A DNA stretch of 64,000 nucleotides, from the sequence record NC_027364.1; one strand, 5' to 3'. This document shows, piece after piece, positions 9,045 through 18,213 of this stretch. The first letter of the stretch is position 1. Every line of letters starts with the position of its first letter. The translations under genes and the position numbers were made by a program. The notes under the pieces are model-generated. The model ran no database searches. It saw nothing but the letters and a program-made list of their open reading frames with translations, and was not told the origin of the DNA.

Positions 9045-9522
9045 ATTGACGGGATTTGAGGAAGGGATTTTTCTTCCCCCCCACAAGGAGGGAAATTTGA
9101 CGCTGATGGTATCAGAGCTATTGCATTGAAGATTACTCATAACGAGTGCGAAAGCGGGTCATCCTGTTTCTCTCTACTTCAGTTTCATATGACGGTCTAC
9201 ACTTTTAAACATAGTGTATCTTCATTAAGTATCTATGCAATCAAATACTTAATGTGAGTACTCAAATTCTGGACGCAACTTTCCTGTACAAAATTTGATA
9301 ACTCTCCCTTAGATAATTCGTAAGGTGTTATCCTTATATGTCTATCAAGGAACCACCAGCTATCCTAACGTGGTTCTTTATACAGCCGCATTGCCGTGAG
9401 GGGTTCAAACTATGCCCACATCTAACGGGTTTCTTTTGCTGTTCGCACTGTCGGACTGCTCAACTGCCCTCTACGTTTTCGAGTGGATCAGGTACATGAA
9501 TATCATGCCAACAGAATTGTAC
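9045..9522 (-). ncRNA. candidate large structured ncRNA (about 480 nt), family unknown
   Basis: ORF-free on the minus strand, GC-richer, own extended -10 at 9529-9537, many stems including a long-range pseudoknot, G.U pairs fit the minus strand. Confidence 0.5.
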
Positions 9523-9528
9523 AAGATA

Positions 9529-9537
9529 ATTATATCA
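9529..9537 (-). promoter_or_regulatory. extended -10 promoter TGaTATAAT
   Basis: directly downstream of the sigma-gene terminator. Confidence 0.55.
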
Positions 9538-9558
9538 CAAACTTTTACTTCATCCCAT

Positions 9559-9589
9559 AAAAAAAGGTTGGCTTATGCCAACCTTTTTT
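9559..9589. terminator. bidirectional intrinsic terminator
   Basis: AAGGTTGGC-TTAT-GCCAACCTT flanked by A and T runs. Confidence 0.8.
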
Positions 9590-9591
9590 CT

Positions 9592-10557
9592 TTAGAAATC
9601 TTCGTATTCGTACCCTTTTGCAAGTACTAGCTTCTTAAGCTTTTGCATAGCTTCACTGTACTTTCGGTGTATTGATGAACGGGATTTAACATATTTTCCA
9701 TTATCATCAACAAAACCATTATCAGCAATCTCACGAAGCGTTTCAGGTTCATATTCACCTAGACCATGAACACGCTGGATAATCTCACGTTCTTTAGTAC
9801 TCAATTCGTTGGTCAGTTCATTGATAGCATAACGCAAAGGTGCACGGATACTATCAACATTGAGGTTAAAATCAGAAGCAGGTGAATGAATAATGTCACC
9901 TAATGTACCATCTGTAACACCGTCTAATGGTGCATCCAGCGAAGTGTATTCGCTTTGAAATAACAAACAATTATTAACATGCTGAATCTCAATCCCAGTA
10001 CCCTCTGAGATTATTTCAGGAGTTGGGCGAACACCATGTTTACGCATATATTCCTGACAGAATCTTTTTACTTTGATCTTATGAACACTCATATAACGTG
10101 GGAAGTGTACCATATAGTTAGCGTCAGAACTTTCGTTATAGACTGTCATGTAAATACTAGAAGAAGCATAGGTAATGAACTTAACATTCTTATTAAGATC
10201 AAAGGTTTTTAGTGCTCTCATGAACCCCTCAACACCATATGAAATCTTATCTTCAAATGGGATATAACAAGTACATTTACTTGCTACATCAATAATCAGT
10301 CCATAATTGTAACGAACTAACAGTTCAGTGTTTTTCTTTACATTGATACCAGCTTGAATATCACGAATTAGATCTTCATTGGAAACATTTGGTGGTCGCT
10401 TAAGTGTAATATTATATTTGAAACTGCTTTGTACTTTACCTTCATTTTCATCTTTATCTTCAACGAAATCTAAGGCTTCTAGTGTGTTGACTTCTTCATT
10501 AGCAAAACATTCATCCAGAACTTCTTCGGCAATTGTATTTAAATCAAGCTTTTTCAC
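9592..10557 (-). CDS. sigma70-family RNA polymerase sigma factor
   Basis: region 2 (N.GLI...EG..RA...FD...KF.TYA), region 3 (RPT.E...SLDAP), region 4 (LS.KERE.I...GL...TL.EIA). Confidence 0.9.
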   Translation of the reverse strand: MKKLDLNTIAEEVLDECFANEEVNTLEALDFVEDKDENEGKVQSSFKYNITLKRPPNVSNEDLIRDIQAGINVKKNTELLVRYNYGLIIDVASKCTCYIPFEDKISYGVEGFMRALKTFDLNKNVKFITYASSSIYMTVYNESSDANYMVHFPRYMSVHKIKVKRFCQEYMRKHGVRPTPEIISEGTGIEIQHVNNCLLFQSEYTSLDAPLDGVTDGTLGDIIHSPASDFNLNVDSIRAPLRYAINELTNELSTKEREIIQRVHGLGEYEPETLREIADNGFVDDNGKYVKSRSSIHRKYSEAMQKLKKLVLAKGYEYEDF

Positions 10558-10578
10558 TTACATCTCCTAATGACGAAA

Positions 10579-11076
10579 TCAAAATCGATATACATTAATA
10601 TTATCATCTGTGAAGCAATCATGGTTGTGCACATCCATGAAAGTACTAAACACTTTATCATATAAAGTTGTATGTTCTTCATGAATAGCAGCATCTAGCA
10701 TGTATTCTCCACCACTTCCCATAAAGAAAGTGTAGTCTTCATGTAGATATTCAAGTTTTTTAATAAACTTTCCTTTAGTTAAAATCATATGAATAACATA
10801 ATCTTTAGAAAGAAGCACACAATGGCAACTTAACTTTCTGTCAGGTATAACTGGTACTTTATTAATTAACCAATCCAGTACTTTATCAATTTCACTTACT
10901 ACCCCACTAGCACTGAATAAACGGTCATGTACATATAAAGTTTTTTGATTAACAACTCCATATTGATATTTTGGTCTTAGTGGGAAAAAACCAAATAAGT
11001 TTCGTGGTATAGTTGACGTAACTCTAGAATCGGTAATCAATAAATTTAATCGTTTATCAATATAAACAGTTGTCAT
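10579..11076 (-). CDS. HslV/proteasome-beta-like Ntn hydrolase
   Basis: N-terminal MTT, DSRVT, SG, GSGGEY match the HslV layout. Confidence 0.6.
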   Translation of the reverse strand: MTTVYIDKRLNLLITDSRVTSTIPRNLFGFFPLRPKYQYGVVNQKTLYVHDRLFSASGVVSEIDKVLDWLINKVPVIPDRKLSCHCVLLSKDYVIHMILTKGKFIKKLEYLHEDYTFFMGSGGEYMLDAAIHEEHTTLYDKVFSTFMDVHNHDCFTDDNINVYRF

Positions 11077-11077
11077 A

Positions 11078-11497
11078 TTAAACCTTATCTAAGAATTTAT
11101 CGTATATATAAAATTCTTTATCGGTGAATACATTAATTCTAGTATCGAATCTTTGCATTGTGTTCATATACAATGAACTTTTTAAATAAAAATACAAAGC
11201 AACAAATTCTGATATATGCATATTCTTTTTATTGTTACATAAATTCTTAAGCATTTTGATGCTATCAAATTCTTTTTCATCAAATCTGTATTGGTAAAAA
11301 TTGTATCTATTGGAACGGCACTCATAGATACGAAGTGCCATTATATCAATACATGCTTTAGATTTACAGTACTTATTCAATACGTCATAATCACCCGTAC
11401 ATAATGCTACAAAGATTTTATGTGCGAGTGTAGCTTTGCCTTCAATCGTATAATAGCCAAAAAATTTAATGATTAAGTACTGAATGAATGTAATCAT
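11078..11497 (-). CDS. hypothetical protein
   Basis: 139-aa ORF. Confidence 0.65.
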   Translation of the reverse strand: MITFIQYLIIKFFGYYTIEGKATLAHKIFVALCTGDYDVLNKYCKSKACIDIMALRIYECRSNRYNFYQYRFDEKEFDSIKMLKNLCNNKKNMHISEFVALYFYLKSSLYMNTMQRFDTRINVFTDKEFYIYDKFLDKV

Positions 11498-11502
11498 TTG
11501 AT

Positions 11503-11763
11503 TTAGAATTTCTCCGAAATTACTAGAGTGTCATCATAATCTTCTGCAATATCATGAAGAACTTTTAAGTTACTTTCACCAGAAACGCTTTTTACTTCGT
11601 TCAAAAGATAGTTTAGATCAACTTTAGTTACTTTTTCTGAATCAAACACACAGAAAGTTAATTCAGCGTTTGGACAGATCTTCTTCAGATTATCAGCAAC
11701 AACTTGTTTGAAGTTGAAAGATGGGGAAGCAACCAGGTTAACTGCAACGAGAATAGATTTCAT
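11503..11763 (-). CDS. hypothetical protein
   Basis: AAGGA SD, strong promoter upstream. Confidence 0.75.
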   Translation of the reverse strand: MKSILVAVNLVASPSFNFKQVVADNLKKICPNAELTFCVFDSEKVTKVDLNYLLNEVKSVSGESNLKVLHDIAEDYDDTLVISEKF

Positions 11764-11802
11764 AATGTTTTCCTTTTTAGCTGATAATTAAATTAGGAGC
11801 AC

Positions 11803-11831
11803 ATTGTACTCCATATTATTTGTTATGTCAA
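11803..11831 (-). promoter_or_regulatory. promoter TTGACA-N17-TACAAT
   Basis: motifs read directly. Confidence 0.75.
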
Positions 11832-11837
11832 ATACTT

Positions 11838-12089
11838 TTAGATACCAAGTGCAGTAGATAACTCTTTACGTTTGTTATATGAATCAGATTCAATCTTACT
11901 TTTCTTGTTGAAAAGGGATTCGATATCCTTATAGATTGCTTCGATAGATTTAGTTACTACCCATTCTGATTCTTGAAGCATACATTGGAGTCGTGTGTAC
12001 TCAACTTTGATAGTACTGCGAAGTTCTTCACAAACTTCTTCATTCTTAATTAGTGCAGCACTAAGTTCTTTGACCTTATCGATGTTCAT
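11838..12089 (-). CDS. coiled-coil hypothetical protein
   Basis: 83 aa, helical heptad composition. Confidence 0.7.
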   Translation of the reverse strand: MNIDKVKELSAALIKNEEVCEELRSTIKVEYTRLQCMLQESEWVVTKSIEAIYKDIESLFNKKSKIESDSYNKRKELSTALGI

Positions 12090-12123
12090 AAGTTCCTTAC
12101 TCTAATTTGTTTTTAACAAAATA

Positions 12124-12152
12124 ATTATATATAACATACTAAATTATGTCAA
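12124..12152 (-). promoter_or_regulatory. promoter TTGACA-N17-TATAAT
   Basis: perfect consensus. Confidence 0.85.
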
Positions 12153-12574
12153 GTATTTTTAGTACCTTCTTCTGCCATTTTTGTGATATACCAATTAAGT
12201 ACTGATTTGTGTACCATAAAAAATGTGAATGCAAATATAGCAATAGCTGCTGATGTAACACTATTAGATAATGACCCAAGTTGGATGTTAGTACCTAAAA
12301 TAACAATAAATGGATACAACACAATCAATCTACTGTAAGGTTCGTCTCCAGTATCACGGAGAAATCCAAGCCTTTCATGATCAGTATCCATAGTGACAAT
12401 TGGACAGAACATAAGTGCAGACATAAGAGCAATACCAATTTGTGCTACATTGGAAATTGTAAACCACAAAGGATTTAAACCATATGAAATATTATTTTCT
12501 GTACAGTAGTAACCAAACGAATTGAATGCACAAACTAAAAATACAAAAATACAAATCTTATTATAGCCTCTCAT
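12149..12574 (-). CDS. 4-TM membrane protein
   Basis: hydrophobic segments. Confidence 0.7.
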   Translation of the reverse strand: MRGYNKICIFVFLVCAFNSFGYYCTENNISYGLNPLWFTISNVAQIGIALMSALMFCPIVTMDTDHERLGFLRDTGDEPYSRLIVLYPFIVILGTNIQLGSLSNSVTSAAIAIFAFTFFMVHKSVLNWYITKMAEEGTKNT

Positions 12575-12993
12575 TTGTTTAGCTCCGTTAATTTTCGTTT
12601 AACTTCTAGATCATGAAACTCATCGGCATATGAGTTTTGAACAGTTCTGATGTATTCCAACATAACAAACATAGTTCCACATACCCATAGATATGTATAG
12701 TAATCAAATACAAATGCATATAACATACACGGTACTAAAATGAAAGTGTAAACAAAACTATATCGTGTAGTTCCAAATACTTTCAGATATAACAAACGTC
12801 GATAATCACGGGCAAATGTATTGATGCACACTGAAAATGTAATTAATGTATACCATGAAATACCCTGAATTAAACCTGAAACATTTAAAAGTTTATGTTC
12901 ATCGGAAAACCCCAGTGCATTTAGCACTGGAGCCATAACCCAACCAATAATACTAATAAGAAAAAGATATTTTGCATTACTTAGTGTGAACAT
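12571..12993 (-). CDS. 4-TM membrane protein
   Basis: hydrophobic segments, layout like its neighbour. Confidence 0.7.
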   Translation of the reverse strand: MFTLSNAKYLFLISIIGWVMAPVLNALGFSDEHKLLNVSGLIQGISWYTLITFSVCINTFARDYRRLLYLKVFGTTRYSFVYTFILVPCMLYAFVFDYYTYLWVCGTMFVMLEYIRTVQNSYADEFHDLEVKRKLTELNK

Positions 12994-12994
12994 A

Positions 12995-13453
12995 TTACTT
13001 TAGTCCCCATGCTTTTTTGATTGCATCAACAGAGTTTTGGTCCACTACTTCCTTTTTTTCTGATGTAGTTTGAAGTTTATTAATTACATATTCCTTTGCA
13101 TCTTTTTCTATCATAAATTTACCATCAACCAACACACCAAAAACTTTAGAATTTCGGGCTGGATATGGATTAATTTCATCAAGAGTACGGACTTTCTTAT
13201 CAACTATAATGGCTTTGATGTAACCAGTTTCAAGTACTGTTGTAATCACAGTCATTTCAATTGCAACTGGTGAATCTTCCCAATACGCAATCCATTTAGT
13301 AAAGCTACGATCAGGTGAATCTTTTGTGCATTTTAATTTAATTGCACTATTAAAAATGTATTGTTTAAAATTGTCATCGACAACTTCACTAATACTAAAA
13401 TAACCTTCACGCTCTTCAACATTACGTTTGAAATTTGTAGCTAATACATCCAT
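12995..13453 (-). CDS. hypothetical protein
   Basis: 152 aa, GGGGG SD. Confidence 0.7.
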   Translation of the reverse strand: MDVLATNFKRNVEEREGYFSISEVVDDNFKQYIFNSAIKLKCTKDSPDRSFTKWIAYWEDSPVAIEMTVITTVLETGYIKAIIVDKKVRTLDEINPYPARNSKVFGVLVDGKFMIEKDAKEYVINKLQTTSEKKEVVDQNSVDAIKKAWGLK

Positions 13454-13494
13454 TTTCCATCCCCCTTGGGTTACTTGGTGTGTTAATTATAATA

Positions 13495-13971
13495 CTAAGA
13501 ATCTTTGTTGTCAAACTTTTCCCTCAAATATTTTTCTATTAATCTAATTTGTGTTGGTGGTAAGATAAAGTAATCGTACATAGATTTACTACCATGTATC
13601 GAACAACCTACACTAATACTATAATCATATGGATATAAGTATATTGGATCTTGTATATCAGGTATGAAAACTATTCTTGATATATTACCATTTCCTATTC
13701 TTACTTGGACGTTATCATTATTATTAAGATAATTTCTTATACAGTACTCAATTATACCATTTACTTTAGAATCATAACCATAATTTTTATATTCAGGAAA
13801 AATGAAATAGCGTTCATGGTATAGATATGAGCATAGTAATGCTGGGAAAAAATTCCAAAAACCTTCATGCTTTGCAATTGTTTGTGCATATTTAAAATGA
13901 TTAGCATTACTAAAAATATTATACAGCACAAAATACACAAATGGACTTACCAATAACACTATTGTTAACAT
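13495..13971 (-). CDS. membrane-anchored hypothetical protein
   Basis: N-terminal TM. Confidence 0.65.
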   Translation of the reverse strand: MLTIVLLVSPFVYFVLYNIFSNANHFKYAQTIAKHEGFWNFFPALLCSYLYHERYFIFPEYKNYGYDSKVNGIIEYCIRNYLNNNDNVQVRIGNGNISRIVFIPDIQDPIYLYPYDYSISVGCSIHGSKSMYDYFILPPTQIRLIEKYLREKFDNKDS

Positions 13972-14432
13972 CAGAAGCCTCTGTATTTTTCATACACTTC
14001 AACGCATTCCATGATTTTGTCATCGTCCATCATATCATAGCCTTGTAGAAATTCTTCTTTATCAACCTTCCCTGCCATCATATCTGTGTCAGAAATTCTG
14101 GAGTCATAGAAGAAATACATATCTTTATAGTACTGGTTTTTGTGCTGCTCAATCTTTACTTTAGCATATCCAGCACAAAATGAAGGAGATTTAACAACTT
14201 CCCATTTATGCTTCTTGATGGGTTTATCATTAGCATGTTTTTCCCTGTATGTCTGACGATAACGTTCACGCATTTCAGGCATGTATTCTTCAGCAGTACG
14301 TTTAGGGGGAGTTTTACCAGTCCCAATAGTTTTAATAGTTTGACGTTGTTCTTCTGCGTGTACTGGGGAAATAAAACATGATGTACCAAACAGTACTGCT
14401 ACGATAACCATAAAATTCTTAAACATAATCAA
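13971..14432 (-). CDS. secreted hypothetical protein
   Basis: signal peptide ..PVHA/E, Cys pair. Confidence 0.7.
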   Translation of the reverse strand: MIMFKNFMVIVAVLFGTSCFISPVHAEEQRQTIKTIGTGKTPPKRTAEEYMPEMRERYRQTYREKHANDKPIKKHKWEVVKSPSFCAGYAKVKIEQHKNQYYKDMYFFYDSRISDTDMMAGKVDKEEFLQGYDMMDDDKIMECVEVYEKYRGF

Positions 14433-14656
14433 ACCTCTTTTACAATAATATCGATTGATACTGGAATTGCAATTTCACTATTACATGAATATACATCAGC
14501 ACAGTACTCAATATCTAGAACTTTATAATATTTCTCAAACCCACAAATGGTAAGATTCAACGTTGACCCAACTACTGGGAGTACAGGAAATGATAAGAAC
14601 GCAATTTTAGAATGAAATTCTTCATTGATATCTTGATATAGAGTTGCAGTAATCAC
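14429..14656 (-). CDS. hypothetical protein
   Basis: LP.VG...Y+V..I.Y pattern common in phage proteins. Confidence 0.65.
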   Translation of the reverse strand: MITATLYQDINEEFHSKIAFLSFPVLPVVGSTLNLTICGFEKYYKVLDIEYCADVYSCNSEIAIPVSIDIIVKEV

Positions 14657-15237
14657 AATGGTAACTCCTGTAGTGGTTTCATAATACCGAGTACTGGGTG
14701 ATTTTCAATCATTGGTCGCCCTGGTACACCAGTGAGGATAACTGGGATAGAACTAATATCTTTTACATAGTTGAATCCCTCAAACGTGAACTCTTGTTTT
14801 TTCTCATTATACAATACCCATAGTATTACGTCAGCTTTTTTCTGGATATTTTTTAACTGTCGAGTACTAACACATGGTCCAAAGTCAGTCCATGATTTAT
14901 ACTTGATACCTTTTACTTCAATACGAAGGTTGTTTACCTTAATATCACATTCACCGTCACGTGCTTCATTTTGGAATGCTGGATCGATATTAAGTTTAAT
15001 ACCAGTATTGTTTTCAATTTCATTAAAAAGTACTAAAGATGCGTGCTCACACACCATACCAACAAAATGACTATGTGCATGATTAAAACCATATGGCGAT
15101 TTACTTGCTGGAGCCAAAAGTTTATATCGTTCTGATTTTTCAATCGCTTTTGCCATAAAAGAATCAGCTTCATCTTTATATAACTTAACAGTCATTTTTC
15201 CATTTTTCAGTACTAATCTATTATCAATAACATTCAT
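14653..15237 (-). CDS. PD-(D/E)xK nuclease superfamily protein
   Basis: G...E...D-(x8)-EVK catalytic pattern (GECDIKVNNLRIEVK). Confidence 0.65.
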   Translation of the reverse strand: MNVIDNRLVLKNGKMTVKLYKDEADSFMAKAIEKSERYKLLAPASKSPYGFNHAHSHFVGMVCEHASLVLFNEIENNTGIKLNIDPAFQNEARDGECDIKVNNLRIEVKGIKYKSWTDFGPCVSTRQLKNIQKKADVILWVLYNEKKQEFTFEGFNYVKDISSIPVILTGVPGRPMIENHPVLGIMKPLQELPL

Positions 15238-15264
15238 AAAAACACCTCATTATTCATTCACTAC

Positions 15265-15293
15265 ATGATAACACCAAATCATACACCAGTCAA
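15265..15293 (-). promoter_or_regulatory. promoter TTGACT-N17-TATCAT
   Basis: motifs read directly. Confidence 0.65.
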
Positions 15294-15314
15294 GCTCATT
15301 TTTTGGATATGCAT

Positions 15315-15322
15315 AATAAATA
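15315..15322 (+). promoter_or_regulatory. candidate T4-type late promoter AATAAATA
   Basis: one mismatch to TATAAATA, about 30 nt before the only plus-strand gene. Confidence 0.4.
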
Positions 15323-15353
15323 CGTTATAATAATTATACCAATGGAGGGATAA

Positions 15354-16508
15354 ATGTCAAGGTCAATTGCTGCGGCTGGACGCTATAAGTTTGGTGAATG
15401 TGGTTATGTTGTTGATGGTGCAATCCTCAATGATGGAACTAGACTAAAAAATATTAGAATCTATCGCCAAAGAAGCCATAGATTATATGATTTAGTTGAT
15501 CCAAGAACTAATATAATATATCGTAAAGTACAAATAACAACTAAAGATAATAAAGGTTATCTATTAAATTACAATAAAACTAATGACCAACTATTAAGTG
15601 AAATTAATAAAAATTGTTTCTTTGTTCGTGGATATTCTGAAGAGCCACAAGAAACTGATACTGGATTTGTATATAAATTCATGCTACATAAAACAATTTT
15701 AGGTAGTTCACAAACCTTGTATCATATGTATACACCTGAATGTGGTATTATAGATCGTGATATAGATAATATTCTCATTTCACCAGTATTTGTTGGTAAT
15801 GACTCAATTAGTGGTAAATTATTCAATACTGGTTCAGAAATTGATACTAACGGTATGGTAATAACAATCGTATTACCAGACGGAACAGAATACTTTACTA
15901 CCCAATTTGTTAATGATGCATTTACAATTCCAGTTGATGTTATCACACAATCAGGAAAAGGTACTGCTACACTCACTTCTCCATATTATAACACTAAAGT
16001 GGTGGAATTTGATGTTCTTGAAAGTGGTGAGGATATTGATTTTGTTACATCAGTTCTTCTATCCCAATTTGAACCTGTTTCGGAAGGTGTATTTTCTGCG
16101 GTTGTTCCATTTGATGTTCATGATCGTGGACAGTACTTAGCACTTCAAGCATACAGTGGTGACTTATATCAAGTTGGTGTAGATCTTTCTGTAGACGCAG
16201 AAGGTAATATTACTGTGTATCAAACTGATAATTTACCTGTTTCTTTGAGTATAATCGGAAAAACACTGCATACTACTCCTTTCCATAAAGAATATACTTT
16301 AAGTGAGTGGGTTCTCGGTGAAGACTCTATGTACTCTATCTCGGTTCCAGTAACTGAACATGGTAAAGCACTACCACAAGTTCAATTATATTCTTCAGAC
16401 AATCATGTAGTTCATAGTGAAATACAAGTGGATGAAGATGATAATGTAATTCTTAAAGTAGTAGAACCGCTTGACTGCTCAGTCGTAATAGTTGGTTACA
16501 ACGCATAA
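15354..16508 (+). CDS. probable virion structural protein with duplicated C-terminal beta module
   Basis: 384 aa, GGAGG SD; two repeats VP...HDRG...LQAY and VP..EHGK..PQVQLY. Confidence 0.7.
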   Translation: MSRSIAAAGRYKFGECGYVVDGAILNDGTRLKNIRIYRQRSHRLYDLVDPRTNIIYRKVQITTKDNKGYLLNYNKTNDQLLSEINKNCFFVRGYSEEPQETDTGFVYKFMLHKTILGSSQTLYHMYTPECGIIDRDIDNILISPVFVGNDSISGKLFNTGSEIDTNGMVITIVLPDGTEYFTTQFVNDAFTIPVDVITQSGKGTATLTSPYYNTKVVEFDVLESGEDIDFVTSVLLSQFEPVSEGVFSAVVPFDVHDRGQYLALQAYSGDLYQVGVDLSVDAEGNITVYQTDNLPVSLSIIGKTLHTTPFHKEYTLSEWVLGEDSMYSISVPVTEHGKALPQVQLYSSDNHVVHSEIQVDEDDNVILKVVEPLDCSVVIVGYNA

Positions 16509-16509
16509 T

Positions 16510-16537
16510 AAAAAAGCCACTACATTGTAGTGGCTTT
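16510..16537. terminator. bidirectional terminator between convergent genes
   Basis: AAAGCCACTAC-ATT-GTAGTGGCTTT. Confidence 0.8.
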
Positions 16538-16549
16538 AATTTTATCTAA

Positions 16550-17362
16550 TTATTTGAAATTGTCACGTAGAACTTCTTCAAGTGTTTTATCTGGATTGCT
16601 AATGGCTACATTATAAATCAATTCTTTAAATGCAGTTAGTGCCTGTTCAGTTGCTTCTGGACCAAAGTTCTCACTAATGCTTTTAAACATACTTTGTGCA
16701 CGTTCTGATTTGATACAACTAGTTACAAACTTGTCAATTTCATTACGAAGCTGCTTAGTTGTCATGTCACCAATGAGCATCTCACTAATTTCTTTTGGTT
16801 CATCTGCACTTGTTCGGACATTCGTAAAACCAAACACATCATCACCTGAGCCAAAGCTACGTTTTTCTTTTTTAGTTTCTTTTACTGGTTCTTCTTCAAC
16901 TTCTTGTTCGTATTCTTTAGTAAAGAGATGAGATAGTACATCATCAAGATTTTTAACCATACCGTCAATACGAGATTCAGCATTCTTGGATACATGTTTG
17001 AATGCTTGCTCTAGTGCTTTTTCTTGAATCTGGTCACGAACATTATTAACTACATTACGAAGTTTTTCATTACAGTTGTCTAAAATTTCTAATACTTCAC
17101 CAGTTTTGATTTTTTCCAAAAGTACATCTAAATCAGATTTTACATGTTGTTTTTGACTTACTTCACCATTAAGAATTGAATTCAATTCTTTAGCACCTTC
17201 AACTGCTTCTTCATGTGTTTTAAATTCAACTGGTACGTCAACACCATCCAGTACAATATTAAGCACTTTACCATCAACGTAGGCGTAGGAGTAAGATGCT
17301 TTTTTGAAAGAAATAGTTTTGAAGAAAATGTTGCTCATATTGATATACTCCTTAATGCCCAC
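16550..17362 (-). CDS. hypothetical protein (helical/coiled-coil)
   Basis: 270-aa ORF. Confidence 0.75.
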   Translation of the reverse strand: MGIKEYINMSNIFFKTISFKKASYSYAYVDGKVLNIVLDGVDVPVEFKTHEEAVEGAKELNSILNGEVSQKQHVKSDLDVLLEKIKTGEVLEILDNCNEKLRNVVNNVRDQIQEKALEQAFKHVSKNAESRIDGMVKNLDDVLSHLFTKEYEQEVEEEPVKETKKEKRSFGSGDDVFGFTNVRTSADEPKEISEMLIGDMTTKQLRNEIDKFVTSCIKSERAQSMFKSISENFGPEATEQALTAFKELIYNVAISNPDKTLEEVLRDNFK

Positions 17363-17693
17363 TAGCTGGGAAGGTTTTAAACATATAGTGACATTGTACT
17401 AAATCATCGAACTTCAAGCCGAAGTCTTTAGTACCCATCAGTGTGTGGTAAAAATAATGCGAAATTGTATTAGTTTCAGCGTCTTTAATATAGATACCAA
17501 ATTCGGTACAGCAAAACTGGACAACTTCATTATAACTTTCTAACTTGGAAATTACAAGTACTTGATCATAAGAATTTTTATCAAATCCAATGATGTACAT
17601 TTCCTCTGTTTCTGGGTGTACAATCATCCCACCGCGAGAAATAATTTTCTCGAAGTTACTGCTCAAGTACTGAATTGTTGAACTTAAGTTCAT
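17352..17693 (-). CDS. hypothetical protein
   Basis: 113 aa, AAGGAG SD. Confidence 0.7.
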   Translation of the reverse strand: MNLSSTIQYLSSNFEKIISRGGMIVHPETEEMYIIGFDKNSYDQVLVISKLESYNEVVQFCCTEFGIYIKDAETNTISHYFYHTLMGTKDFGLKFDDLVQCHYMFKTFPASGH

Positions 17694-17906
17694 TTACAAC
17701 TCCTTACGTATTACTCGTCCGGTAAGATGTTCATCTGTACAGAACTTCATTATAAATGCTTTTAGATGGAAGTCTTCTAAAATTCTATATGCTTGCTTTT
17801 TCATAACGACTTCCTTCTTCTCCACATCAACAATTATATCATGTTTCTCGTGAAGTTCCTGGATCATTTGATATGAATTCAAACTTAGTACGCTCATAAC
17901 CACCAA
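17694..17906 (-). CDS. hypothetical protein
   Basis: 70 aa; true start probably internal. Confidence 0.55.
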   Translation of the reverse strand: MVVMSVLSLNSYQMIQELHEKHDIIVDVEKKEVVMKKQAYRILEDFHLKAFIMKFCTDEHLTGRVIRKEL

Positions 17907-18213
17907 TGTCCTCCATCTCCCACAAAATTTGAACTGCCACTTCTAATTCGTGGTGAATTTGAAAATAACCATTACTTGCAGTATAGATGTAGCCATTTTT
18001 AGTAATTGCATAACCCCACTTTTTACTTTGAGAATGCATCTCACGTTTCAACCCATAAGGTGATGGTGGCTTCTTGACTGGTTCTGGTTCTCGGTTTTCG
18101 TTGTAAATCTCTTGTTCGATTCGCAACGCTTTATGATATGAGTATACATGAATCAGGCGACAAAGTACAATAGTAATGCAACAAATAATTGTAAATGTTA
18201 TCAAGCTCATCAA
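17839..18213 (-). CDS. membrane-anchored hypothetical protein
   Basis: N-terminal TM. Confidence 0.65.
   Translation of the reverse strand: MMSLITFTIICCITIVLCRLIHVYSYHKALRIEQEIYNENREPEPVKKPPSPYGLKREMHSQSKKWGYAITKNGYIYTASNGYFQIHHELEVAVQILWEMEDIGGYERTKFEFISNDPGTSRET

Noticed and set aside
9045-9522. RNase P RNA or group I intron identity (GAGCAGUCCG, AGUGCGAACAG and ACCCGCUU look-alikes)
   Set aside because: The required P4 pairing (or P7 GACUA/UAGUC) cannot be formed, so it is left as unknown RNA.
9412-9630. 72-aa plus-strand ORF over the ncRNA candidate
   Set aside because: It runs through a bidirectional terminator into the sigma gene, has no SD, and the G.U pattern favours a minus-strand RNA.
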